A stretch of DNA of 64,000 bases from Cenarchaeum sp. GTDB taxonomy: Archaea > Thermoproteota > Nitrososphaeria > Nitrososphaerales > Nitrosopumilaceae. Below are positions 49,989 to 58,345 of the stretch, one piece after another; position 1 is the first letter of the stretch; each line of letters starts with the position of its first letter. The translations under genes and the position numbers were made by a program. Location: contig OY843768.1 in the NCBI GenBank assembly GCA_963693095.2, forward strand, positions 736,001-800,000, in the 5' to 3' direction. The notes under the pieces are model-generated. The model was not told the origin of the DNA. It did not search any database and saw nothing but the letters and a program-made list of their open reading frames with translations.

Positions 49989-50534
49989 TTAGCGCATATA
50001 GCCCAACAGGAGTAGCTCTTCATAAATTTGCGCTACCTGTTCTTTTGTGTAGGTTGGTTTTAAGGTCGCAACGTATTTGGGCAATTCTGGTCCAACAATC
50101 CTATCGCGAAATTCAACATGAATTAGCGTGCTTGCAATTTCAAGCCAAGTGAGATCATGCGCATGCACAAACTGTAAAAATTCGTCCTTACGAAGCCAAT
50201 AGTCAATCTTCTGGGAATCCGCCTCAGATATGTCAGGCATGACATAATAGTCGCTGTTAAGTCCCATGGAGTATGGCCCATGTTCAAAAAGCCCATGGCG
50301 ATAGGTAAATGCCAGACCAAACACATTTTGGGCAAAATAGACATACAGTTGGATTTTGATGCGTTCGTGTTCTGACGCATCCCTGGGGTTTTTGTCACAG
50401 TCGATCAATTTGTGCTCAAAAAGGAGCTTGAGAAGCGGAGCCGTGTCGGGATCGGCAACGTGCGGATCTTTCAAAAAATCTGGTATCTCCAACGGGGCAC
50501 GCTCATGTATTACCCCATATGACGCAGGAATCAT
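49989..50534 (-). CDS. Array gene B6: YwgA/Panacea-like protein (181 aa)
   Basis: Intact 546-nt paralog with GPYSMGLNSDYY. Confidence 0.65.
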   Translation of the reverse strand: MIPASYGVIHERAPLEIPDFLKDPHVADPDTAPLLKLLFEHKLIDCDKNPRDASEHERIKIQLYVYFAQNVFGLAFTYRHGLFEHGPYSMGLNSDYYVMPDISEADSQKIDYWLRKDEFLQFVHAHDLTWLEIASTLIHVEFRDRIVGPELPKYVATLKPTYTKEQVAQIYEELLLLGYMR

Positions 50535-50857
50535 GCTATTGCACCCCACTGACCCAGTATGCTCGCCGCGTCGCCATGCTCCAGCAGAATTACCCAAATG
50601 ATTTAACTGTTTTTGGAATTCCACGCGCGGGAATAGGGCATTTCTGCCCATTAGGGCAAGGCAGCAGATCCTCGTGCGCCTGCCCCACGGCCCGTAGACA
50701 CGCCCGCCACGCCCCGGCCAATGCGCGACGTGGCCGCAGGCAGGATCACGGGAGGCCCGAGGCGGCCGCACGGATCACCCTGGCGGCCCCACGCCATGCC
50801 AAGATCACGCGAGTCGCGCCGCAAGCAAGATATGTGCCTGTGCGGCGCAGTCATGCG

Positions 50858-51103
50858 ATGAGCGCAAACACGATCAAAAAGGCCAAGAGGCTCGTAGAGT
50901 CTGGCAGCGTGGCCAAGATCGAGGACGACATCTACCAGGTCAGGTCATCGAGTGACGCATCAAAGTCGTACATTGTTGACGGCGAGTCGTGTGACTGTCC
51001 CGGATACGCCAACTTTTACAAGTTTCACGGCGGCAAGGGGATAAAGGCAAACTGTTCGCACCTAGAGGCAGTCAGGCTGTTCCGAGGCGACGAGAAAGCC
51101 TAG
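50858..51103 (+). CDS. Stand-alone SWIM zinc-finger protein (81 aa)
   Basis: KAKRLVESG.V...YQVRSS...YIVD...CDCP...CSH matches the SWIM CxCxnCxH pattern. Confidence 0.8.
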   Translation: MSANTIKKAKRLVESGSVAKIEDDIYQVRSSSDASKSYIVDGESCDCPGYANFYKFHGGKGIKANCSHLEAVRLFRGDEKA

Positions 51104-51951
51104 GCGCCGGCGCGCATACCGTCGCTGGCCATCCTGTACGCGATGTTCTTTACCATCACGTTGAGCGACTTCATGAGGTCGCTGCCCTCCTCATAGTTGC
51201 CCGTGTATGGCCCCACTGTAGTGCGTCGCGCAAGGGCCAGCGCATGGCCGGCCCGAAACGACGGGTCGCCGGCTATGCCTATGCACTGCCCACCGTTGTT
51301 CTGCACGGCAGAAAAGCATGGCACGTCATTCTTGCTGTCGCCAACATAGATCATGTTGCCAAACGGTATACGGCGACTTGCGTCATCCTTGAACGAGTTG
51401 ACGAGATATGGGTTTTTGCGCAGCTTTGTCCCGCCGATGCCCTTGTTTATCGCATGCAGGAACTTTGTCTTTTCGGTGAACGTGACGGCCGATTTTATGG
51501 CGTGTATCTTGCCATTCTCATCCTCGGCAAACGTGCCGCCAAACACGTCATTGAACGTGTCGGCAAACGGCGCGCCCCGTATGATCTCCTCAAATCCCGA
51601 CGATATTATGTAAAACTCTACGCCTATTCCGGCATCAACAATGTCAGGGTCAGAGTCGACCATGGCGCGAACTCGCGACACGAGATCCATGACCCCCGGA
51701 TTGGGCGTTATCTTACCTCCAAGCCCGCGCAGCAGGGCGTTGGTGTCCTGCGCTATGTCTCTGGTGCGAATCTTGTCGAGTATCATCGTCATCCACGCTA
51801 TTGGCGGATCCCATCCGTCGGCCACGAGCGACTTGTGCGCGTCCCAGAATGCGCGCGTGTCAACGCCGTTGCTCTCGAGCAAAAAGTTAGTCGTGTCTGG
51901 CGCGAGCGTGTCATCACAGTCACACACCACGGCTATCGTGCTCTGGGCCAT
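51100..51951 (-). CDS. HAD-superfamily hydrolase
   Basis: Motif I DCDDTL, YIISSG, TEKTK.L..INKG and MIYVGDSKNDVPC. Confidence 0.85.
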   Translation of the reverse strand: MAQSTIAVVCDCDDTLAPDTTNFLLESNGVDTRAFWDAHKSLVADGWDPPIAWMTMILDKIRTRDIAQDTNALLRGLGGKITPNPGVMDLVSRVRAMVDSDPDIVDAGIGVEFYIISSGFEEIIRGAPFADTFNDVFGGTFAEDENGKIHAIKSAVTFTEKTKFLHAINKGIGGTKLRKNPYLVNSFKDDASRRIPFGNMIYVGDSKNDVPCFSAVQNNGGQCIGIAGDPSFRAGHALALARRTTVGPYTGNYEEGSDLMKSLNVMVKNIAYRMASDGMRAGA

Positions 51952-52049
51952 ACGCAGCGATCCGTGACGGCGCATATTAAAACGGATTCGGCGCGCGTGC
52001 GGCAGCGGCACCCAAAGGTACATAATCCCAAAGCCGGCCCGCGCGCCCC

Positions 52050-52211
52050 ATGGTCATGCCGCTTGTCCACGAGAGCCGCCCAAAGTGCCACGTGTGCTGC
52101 GAGTCCTTTGAGGACATTGACGCGCTAAGGGAGCACAAAAAGGCTGTCCACGAGGACGCAGAGGGCCGCCGCGAGATGGGGCCGGCCCCAGGGGATGTCA
52201 GCGTGTTCTAG
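52050..52211 (+). CDS. Small C2H2 zinc-finger protein (53 aa, below ORF-track cutoff)
   Basis: Translated manually: MVMPLVHESRPKCHVCCESFEDIDALREHKKAVHEDAEGRREMGPAPGDVSVF (CxxC-x12-HxxxxH). Confidence 0.75.
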   Translation: MVMPLVHESRPKCHVCCESFEDIDALREHKKAVHEDAEGRREMGPAPGDVSVF

Positions 52212-52722
52212 GGCGCCGTGGATCGTCGCATGCGCGGCGGCCATGGCCACACACGCGCCGGCGGCCCATGCGCAGCAGGGCACGGCAACAGTCAGCAACG
52301 AGACGCTCGCAGTGCTAGTAGCCTCGATCGTCGCAGTAGTCGCCCTTGCCCTGTACGTCTCGCGCGCTGCCATCATGCGCAAAAAGACCGACTATGACGG
52401 CGCAGACTATGCCTCAAAGTCAGACCGAACGGGCGAAAAGTACAGCTCGGGATGGCATGATGACTATGAGCGACCAGGATCAGAGCACGCTACCGATGAT
52501 GACCACTATGCGACGCTGGGCATTGAAAAAAAGGCCACGGCGCGCGACATAAAGGAGCGCTATAGGGAGCTCGCAAAGAGGCACCATCCGGACAGGGACG
52601 GCGGGGACGCCGCCGAGCTCGTGCGCATAAACAGGGCATACGGCGTGCTCTCTGACCCCGAATCGCGCCGCGAGTACGACAGGTCGCTAGGGCAGGGCAC
52701 GCTCGGCTCGAATGACCCTTAG
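52195..52722 (+). CDS. Membrane-anchored J-domain (DnaJ-like) protein
   Basis: Signal/TM segments, then DHYATLG...IKERYRELAKRHHPD...INRAYGVLSDPESRREYD. Confidence 0.85.
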   Translation: MSACSRAPWIVACAAAMATHAPAAHAQQGTATVSNETLAVLVASIVAVVALALYVSRAAIMRKKTDYDGADYASKSDRTGEKYSSGWHDDYERPGSEHATDDDHYATLGIEKKATARDIKERYRELAKRHHPDRDGGDAAELVRINRAYGVLSDPESRREYDRSLGQGTLGSNDP

Positions 52723-53028
52723 CGAGAGCACGACGGTGCCGGACTGCTGCGAATAGCCCGTCAGGTTTGCGTGCATTCTCATCGGCGCATCGCCAAAGGA
52801 GCGAACCTCGATCTCGGCGAACTCGGTGCTAGGCCCGAGCATGGCGCCTGTCAGCATCGGGAGCATGGACGCATCGCGCATGCTCGCCCTGATCGTCGGC
52901 CATGGGCCTTCCGGACCGGCCTCTAGTGCCGCCTTGGCCACGCCATGTGCGGTGCCGCCGAGGATGACCTCGTATCTAGAGCCCTCGTGCGCACGCTCTA
53001 TCTCGCCGGGAAGCACGCCTGTGTCCAT
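52687..53028 (-). CDS. Hypothetical protein (113 aa)
   Basis: Plausible ORF filling the gap between the J-domain and HD genes; no recognised motif. Confidence 0.55.
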   Translation of the reverse strand: MDTGVLPGEIERAHEGSRYEVILGGTAHGVAKAALEAGPEGPWPTIRASMRDASMLPMLTGAMLGPSTEFAEIEVRSFGDAPMRMHANLTGYSQQSGTVVLSLRVIRAERALP

Positions 53029-53085
53029 TGCAGGGCGCGTGCGCGCAAATACAGATTTAAAGAATGCGCAGGCGCGCGCGTCTCG

Positions 53086-54402
53086 TTGCGGGAGTCAGGC
53101 GACACACATGGGCTAAAGTCACGCATACTCGAGGCCGCAGGTGGCATGGGCATAGGCGAGGACGTGTATACCGAGATGCTAGACTATACGATAGAGCTCT
53201 TTGAGTCACAGGGCCTTGGGACCGACTATTACGGGTACCACAACATCACCCACGAGCTCGAAGTCACGTACGCGGCGCTCATAGCGATGCGCGGGCACGG
53301 CGGCGAGGGCGAGTTTGGCCACACGGAGGCTAGGCACATGTATGCGGCCGCGCTGTTTCACGACTTTGAGCCGCAAAAGGACGCCGACAAGCCGCACGAG
53401 GAGGCCGTTCTCCGCTTTATAGACGCGGACCGAAAGGTGGGCGACCTTGTGGGCAGGGCCGGCCTTGACCTTGACCACATACGCGCGCTCATACTGCGCA
53501 CGACATACCCCTTTGAGGGCAAGAACCGCGAGCATGCCGAGCGCGAGATTGGCGCGTGCCATGACCGCATGGGCCTTGATGCCGCAGGGCGCGCGCGCAA
53601 CCTGTGGAGGGGCTGGTTTCTCTCCGTTCTTGACCGCGTGTGCGGGTATGCGCTCGGCCCGTTCCCAAAGGCCATGGAGATGGCAAAGATGAACGCGCAC
53701 GCGCTCGGATGGCACCCAAACCTCATCGTGCGCCGGTCAGTGTCGTACTTTGAGCGCCTCCTCAATGACGAGACGGACATGACGCGCATCGTGCTCGGCG
53801 CGCTGCCGCGCGACATGCGCAAGTGCTTTATGGACAACGTTCTCGAGTTCCTCAACTTGCGCCAGCACGAGATACGCATAGAGTCTGACTATATCTACGA
53901 GAACGTGAGGCTGCACCCGCTCATAGAGAGCCACAAGGCGCGCACGGATCCAGAATTTGCGCGCAAGCTCCTTGCCATATATGACGAGCTCCCAAATCCC
54001 CTCCAGGTTGCGCGCCACACGTTTGCCGAGACGCTGTGCGATCCCGAGTTTGTGGTCAACACGCTGCGCCTGGGTGACGGGAACGGGGAGATCGTCGGCT
54101 TTGCCAAAGGCGGCCCCTTGGAAAAGTACCAGCTCCGGCCGGAGATCCGTGACGAGTTTCGCGGCAGCGGCAACACGGTCTTTTTGGAGCCGATCGCCCT
54201 AAAGATGGGATACTGGGGCATGGGGGGCGGCAGCGGCATGAGGAGCATGTTTGCGATGCAGGCCCACACGCGAAATTTCCGCTACATGACCAGCTTTGCG
54301 CTCCGCGAGGTCGTCCAGGCCCGAATCGACAGTGGCGAGAGAATCGAGTTTGTCACGAGGTTTGACCCCGAGAGATGGGACTATTACCGCATGGAGATAT
54401 GA
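53086..54402 (+). CDS. HD-domain metal-dependent phosphohydrolase fused to a GNAT-like C-terminal domain
   Basis: YHNITHELEV, AALFHD and PHE HD motifs; C-terminal IVGFAKGGP...FLEPIAL..GYWGMGGGS.MR (GNAT motif A-like). TTG start inferred about 25 nt after TTTAAA. Confidence 0.75.
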   Translation: MRESGDTHGLKSRILEAAGGMGIGEDVYTEMLDYTIELFESQGLGTDYYGYHNITHELEVTYAALIAMRGHGGEGEFGHTEARHMYAAALFHDFEPQKDADKPHEEAVLRFIDADRKVGDLVGRAGLDLDHIRALILRTTYPFEGKNREHAEREIGACHDRMGLDAAGRARNLWRGWFLSVLDRVCGYALGPFPKAMEMAKMNAHALGWHPNLIVRRSVSYFERLLNDETDMTRIVLGALPRDMRKCFMDNVLEFLNLRQHEIRIESDYIYENVRLHPLIESHKARTDPEFARKLLAIYDELPNPLQVARHTFAETLCDPEFVVNTLRLGDGNGEIVGFAKGGPLEKYQLRPEIRDEFRGSGNTVFLEPIALKMGYWGMGGGSGMRSMFAMQAHTRNFRYMTSFALREVVQARIDSGERIEFVTRFDPERWDYYRMEI

Positions 54403-54482
54403 TCGCAGCGCAATGCGATTTGCCAATGTGTGAACAATTTTTAACTGTATCTCGCTAATATTAGGCAAGTGCTCGGGTTGGC

Positions 54483-54626
54483 ATGACGACGGGGTACTGC
54501 GTCAAGTGCAGAACCAAGCGGGAGATCAAGGGCGCAAAGCCTACGGTCATGAAGAACGGCAAGCCCGCTGTCAGCGGCACGTGTGCAACGTGCAGCACCC
54601 GGATGTTCAAGATCGGCAAGCTCTGA
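54483..54626 (+). CDS. DUF5679-like small zinc-ribbon protein (47 aa, below ORF-track cutoff)
   Basis: Translated manually: MTTGYCVKCRTKREIKGAKPTVMKNGKPAVSGTCATCSTRMFKIGKL; followed by a T7 tract at 54641-54647. Confidence 0.85.
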   Translation: MTTGYCVKCRTKREIKGAKPTVMKNGKPAVSGTCATCSTRMFKIGKL

Positions 54627-54706
54627 GCATCCGAGTTCCCTTTTTTGAAATGCGCACGATTCGCCAACAGTCGATCTAAAAAATGAACTAGTGTGGCTAT
54701 TCGACC

Positions 54707-56224
54707 CTATTGGAAGGGATCTATGAATGGACAGTTGACAATGTGGTCCGAGTCCATCGGGCGCGCGAGCGTGATGCTCACCTTGCCCTCTGACTTCATG
54801 GCCTGCACGTCACCGACGTTCTCTAGAAGGCGCGCGTCATGCGCATCCTCCCACGTGACTACGGATATGCGCCACATTGGCGAGTATCCGGCGTCGCCGA
54901 GGGCCGCCGTGGCTATGCCCGGCTGGAAGCCGAGTGGCCCGGGGCCCTTGAGTCCGTTGGTGAACTGGAACAAGTCAACTGCAGCCGAATTTGCGATCAG
55001 GCTTGCCGACGTGGGCGTGTGTGGCACTCCCATCGCGCCAGCAGGGCCGACCGGTGTGGCGTCAGTCACGATATAGTATATCGTGCGGCCATCCGGACCC
55101 CAGCCCCTGTGAGCAACAAACGTCACGGTCATGGCATCAGTGTCGATCTCGGTGACCTGGCCGCCCCCATAGGGCAGCTTGTCATCAATCTCGGCCTCAT
55201 TTACCATGAGCTGTCCGCCATTCCACATGACATGTGGCATGTTGATCACGACATCAAGCTCGGTAAGTGTTACCTCACCAGCATCGCTTGCGGCCATGAT
55301 CTCGGCCTCTGACATTAGAATCCGCGGCGTTGTGTCGGCGTTCCACGTGACATGGGTGTGCATTGTCAGCGCACTGTACGTGTCTGGCATTGCCGGCGTT
55401 GACGTAAAGACTTCGCCCTGATACCCGTGCACTCCGTTGCCCTCCATGCCATTTGTGAACATGTAGGTTTGCGAGAGGGCCTCGTCTGGCGCATTGGCCA
55501 GTGTCGGGGCAAGCTCCACGGTCCAGCCCTGGCTCTCCGTGATTATGGAGGCGTGGGTTGGGTCGCTAGAGTCCGTTATGACAAAGTATACACTCTGTCC
55601 GTCATGGTATCCCTCGTGTAGCGGCAGTGTTGCCGGCACGCTTGCGCGTGAAAGCAGCAGCTTGTGCGCATATGAGCCATCCTTGTCGTGCATGCGGTCC
55701 ATCTTGTCGTGGTCCATCATTTTGTCATGGTCCATCATCTTGTCGTGATCCATCATTTTGTCGTGGTCCATCATCTTGTCGTGATCCATCATTTTGTCGT
55801 GGTCCATCATCTTGTCGTTGGACATCCTGTCGTGACCCATCATCTTGTCTTGATCCATCATCTTGTCTTGATCCATCATCTTGTCGTGGTCCATCATCTT
55901 GTCATGTTCCATCTCGTCGTGCATGCGGTCATTCATCGCGTCGCCATGTTCCATCTGTTCTCCCATAGCGTCCATGCCGTCATTGTCCATGTGTTCGCCC
56001 ATCGCGGCGTCAGTGTCAGACATTGCCGATTCCATCGCCGGCTCTGCTGGCGAGATCATCGACTCCATTGTCTTTGACAGGTAGTCTGGCCCAACCTCGG
56101 AGCACAGCCTGTCACCACAGACGACACGCGCAGCGTCGGCAGCCGTTAGGCTACCGGCGGTCAGCGAAATGGCCATTGCCGGCACTATCGCAAATAGCAG
56201 CATTCGTTTCTGCAATGTGTTCAT
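54707..56224 (-). CDS. Secreted protein with Met/His/Asp-rich repeat linker and duplicated C-terminal beta domain
   Basis: Signal peptide; VCGDRLCSE motif; (HDKMMD)n; two related domains (YFVITDSSD...YMFTNG..G.G..GYQ...YSAL and YYIVTDAT...FQFTNG..G.G..GFQ...YSPMW). Confidence 0.85.
   Translation of the reverse strand: MNTLQKRMLLFAIVPAMAISLTAGSLTAADAARVVCGDRLCSEVGPDYLSKTMESMISPAEPAMESAMSDTDAAMGEHMDNDGMDAMGEQMEHGDAMNDRMHDEMEHDKMMDHDKMMDQDKMMDQDKMMGHDRMSNDKMMDHDKMMDHDKMMDHDKMMDHDKMMDHDKMMDHDKMDRMHDKDGSYAHKLLLSRASVPATLPLHEGYHDGQSVYFVITDSSDPTHASIITESQGWTVELAPTLANAPDEALSQTYMFTNGMEGNGVHGYQGEVFTSTPAMPDTYSALTMHTHVTWNADTTPRILMSEAEIMAASDAGEVTLTELDVVINMPHVMWNGGQLMVNEAEIDDKLPYGGGQVTEIDTDAMTVTFVAHRGWGPDGRTIYYIVTDATPVGPAGAMGVPHTPTSASLIANSAAVDLFQFTNGLKGPGPLGFQPGIATAALGDAGYSPMWRISVVTWEDAHDARLLENVGDVQAMKSEGKVSITLARPMDSDHIVNCPFIDPFQ
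55697..55910 (-). repeat. 18-bp coding tandem repeat (about 11-12 units of HDKMMD)
   Basis: Unit CCATCAT(C/T)TTGTC(G/A/T)TG(G/A)T is repeated on the + strand. Confidence 0.9.
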
Positions 56225-56408
56225 TGCGTCCGTGGACCCAAATGAGGGTTAAAAGCCTTTTTCCACATGCGCAGGCGTGCGCGGGGCCAAATCCACAAAC
56301 CCGCGGCCCCATGGCCCCCTGCGCATGGCCGTGGGCCGTCGCTGCCCCCTGTGGGCGCCCCAGCAGGCCCCCGCGCCGCAGGGGTGCACTGTGGGACCGT
56401 ATGGCCCA

Positions 56409-58130
56409 TCACTTTGAGCGGAGCATGTCCTGGATTTGGGCCAGTATGAGCTGCGCCTTTTCCTTGTTCTCAAAGGTCTGGACCTTGTCATCAAGTATCG
56501 TGTCGATCTCGTAGCTCTTGTTGACGAGTATGTCCGCGACATGCTCGTCGAGTGTCTTGTTGCCTATGAGATAGTACGCAAAGACAGTGTTCTTTTGCCC
56601 TATGCGGTGGAGGCGATCCTCGGCCTGCTGGTGGACCGCGGGGCTCCAGTCAAGCTCGGCAAAGATGACATAGCGGGCCTTGCTCAGGTTGATCCCGACA
56701 TTGCCTGCGCGAAGTCCGGCGATCATGAGATTGGACTCGCCCCCCTGGAACGAGTCGATGTTGGCCTGGCGAAACTTGTCCGTCTGGCCCCCGATCACCG
56801 TTGTGGGCTCAAACTCGGCAAGCTTTTCGTTGAGGAGCTTGTGTATTGACTTGTGGTGGCAAAAGACCACAACGCTCTCCTCTATCTCCATGATGTTTTG
56901 CACAAAGTTGATGACATGCGGCATCTTTGCCAGTCCGGCGACCTGTCTTTCGCTCTGGATCGCGCGCTGGTATGAGGAGTACTTGTCAAGCGTGGACTTT
57001 GACTCGAGCTGCTCCTCCTCCAGGCGGTTCCATATTTTCTTGAGCTCTGCCCTGTAATAGTCAATGTCGGCGTCAATGTACTCCTGGTATCTCACCTTGT
57101 CCTGCAGGTCCTTTAGGACATCGCCCTTTTTGCGGCGCAGCATGACGTGCTTGTGCAGCTTTTCGCGCAAGAGCCTGCGCTTGTTCTCCAGCACTAGTGA
57201 CTTGCCGCGCTCGTTCACATAGCAAAAGTACTGGCAAAACTCTGAATAGCTTCCAAGCAGTCCGGGGCTGAGGACATCTACGATTGGCCATATTTCTGAG
57301 CCGTGGTTGAATATGGGCGTGCCAGACAGGCCAATCCTGTGCTCCAGTGACGGCATTGCCGATATCTTTCGTATCGCCGAGTGCTTTTTGGTCGTCTTTG
57401 ATCGCATGTGGTGAACCTCGTCGCACACAAGCGTCTTTAGGTTTATCTTTAAAAAGTCAGGAACGCGCTTTTCAAGAAGCTCATAGTTGATGATGTAAAA
57501 GTCGCTCCTCTCAAGTATCTTGCGCCGGCCACGCCTGATGAGCTTTGATGTTGGCGATGACGCGTTGACCATGCGGCCGTTCTTGCTCCTCTTTTTGAGG
57601 AACTTGTCAATCTCGCGCTCCCAGTTCTTGAGCGTGACGAGCGGCGCGACTACAAGGACCGGAAACGCGTTCTTTTCGGTCGCAAGGTACGCGAGTGTCT
57701 GGACCGTCTTGCCCAGGCCCATCTCGTCGGCAAGCAGGGCGTTGCCGTTGGACTTTATCAGAAAGTCAAGGCCCTCGCGCTGGAATCCCAAAAGCTTGCC
57801 GCGAAACTGCGATCCGGGACTGACCTTTGCGAGCTTTTCAATGGGTGCGCGCATCTTGGGGCCGGCGACCTTGGCCTTGCCGACCCTGCGCTGCCATGCC
57901 GACTTTGATCGCACGTCGAGCTGGCAATGGCCCATTATCTGCTTTATGCGCTCGACGTTCTCGGGCTTGTCTGGCACGATGACCTCATCAGGCCCGTCGC
58001 CATACCACGACTGCGGTATGAGCTGCGAGGCCATTCCGACGGCGCGGCTGCCGGTGAGCTTCCAGCTCCATGCGTTGGAGTACTTGTCCATGACATACTC
58101 TAACTCGCCTGCGCTGCCCAACTCATGCAC
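56409..58130 (-). CDS. SWI2/SNF2-family helicase-like ATPase
   Basis: Motifs LLADEMGLGKT, INYE, CDEVH, LSGTPIFN, LRRKK.DVL, GNVGINL and QAEDRLHRIGQ. Confidence 0.92.
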   Translation of the reverse strand: MHELGSAGELEYVMDKYSNAWSWKLTGSRAVGMASQLIPQSWYGDGPDEVIVPDKPENVERIKQIMGHCQLDVRSKSAWQRRVGKAKVAGPKMRAPIEKLAKVSPGSQFRGKLLGFQREGLDFLIKSNGNALLADEMGLGKTVQTLAYLATEKNAFPVLVVAPLVTLKNWEREIDKFLKKRSKNGRMVNASSPTSKLIRRGRRKILERSDFYIINYELLEKRVPDFLKINLKTLVCDEVHHMRSKTTKKHSAIRKISAMPSLEHRIGLSGTPIFNHGSEIWPIVDVLSPGLLGSYSEFCQYFCYVNERGKSLVLENKRRLLREKLHKHVMLRRKKGDVLKDLQDKVRYQEYIDADIDYYRAELKKIWNRLEEEQLESKSTLDKYSSYQRAIQSERQVAGLAKMPHVINFVQNIMEIEESVVVFCHHKSIHKLLNEKLAEFEPTTVIGGQTDKFRQANIDSFQGGESNLMIAGLRAGNVGINLSKARYVIFAELDWSPAVHQQAEDRLHRIGQKNTVFAYYLIGNKTLDEHVADILVNKSYEIDTILDDKVQTFENKEKAQLILAQIQDMLRSK

Positions 58131-58210
58131 CTGATTTGAGCCGTGATCAACTGCGCGGTTTATGAACCTTGCCGTTATGGGCGTGATCGCAGCGGCCTCG
58201 AGGGCCGAGC

Positions 58211-58345
58211 CTAGGCGTGGCCTTCAGGGCCATGTGGGCCCGTGGAGGCGTCATGGCAGTCACATGTGCAGTCGTGCGTGGAGTGGTTGCTCAGGCAGTC
58301 TATGCACCGATAGTGCTCACGCTTCTCGCACGCCGAGCAGATCAT
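58211..58345 (-). CDS. Small Cys/His-rich metal-binding peptide (44 aa)
   Basis: MICSACEKREHYRCIDCLSNHSTHDCTCDCHDASTGPHGPEGHA; an AT-rich TATA-like box lies about 25 nt upstream. Confidence 0.55.
   Translation of the reverse strand: MICSACEKREHYRCIDCLSNHSTHDCTCDCHDASTGPHGPEGHA

Larger units (their letters stand above)
43000..50650. repeat. Tandem array of ~1.19-kb units (B gene + promoter + IS66 remnant + 3' tip of A gene), in two blocks each led by a full A gene
   Basis: B-gene stops at 43760, 44951, 46144, 47336, 48805 and 49989 (periods 1191, 1193, 1192, 1469, 1184). Confidence 0.95.

Noticed and set aside
43000-50650. Array as a CRISPR array or integron cassette array
   Set aside because: Units are ~1.2-kb paralogous gene duplications, not short repeats with unique spacers. 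There are no cas or integrase genes and no attC-like sites were seen.
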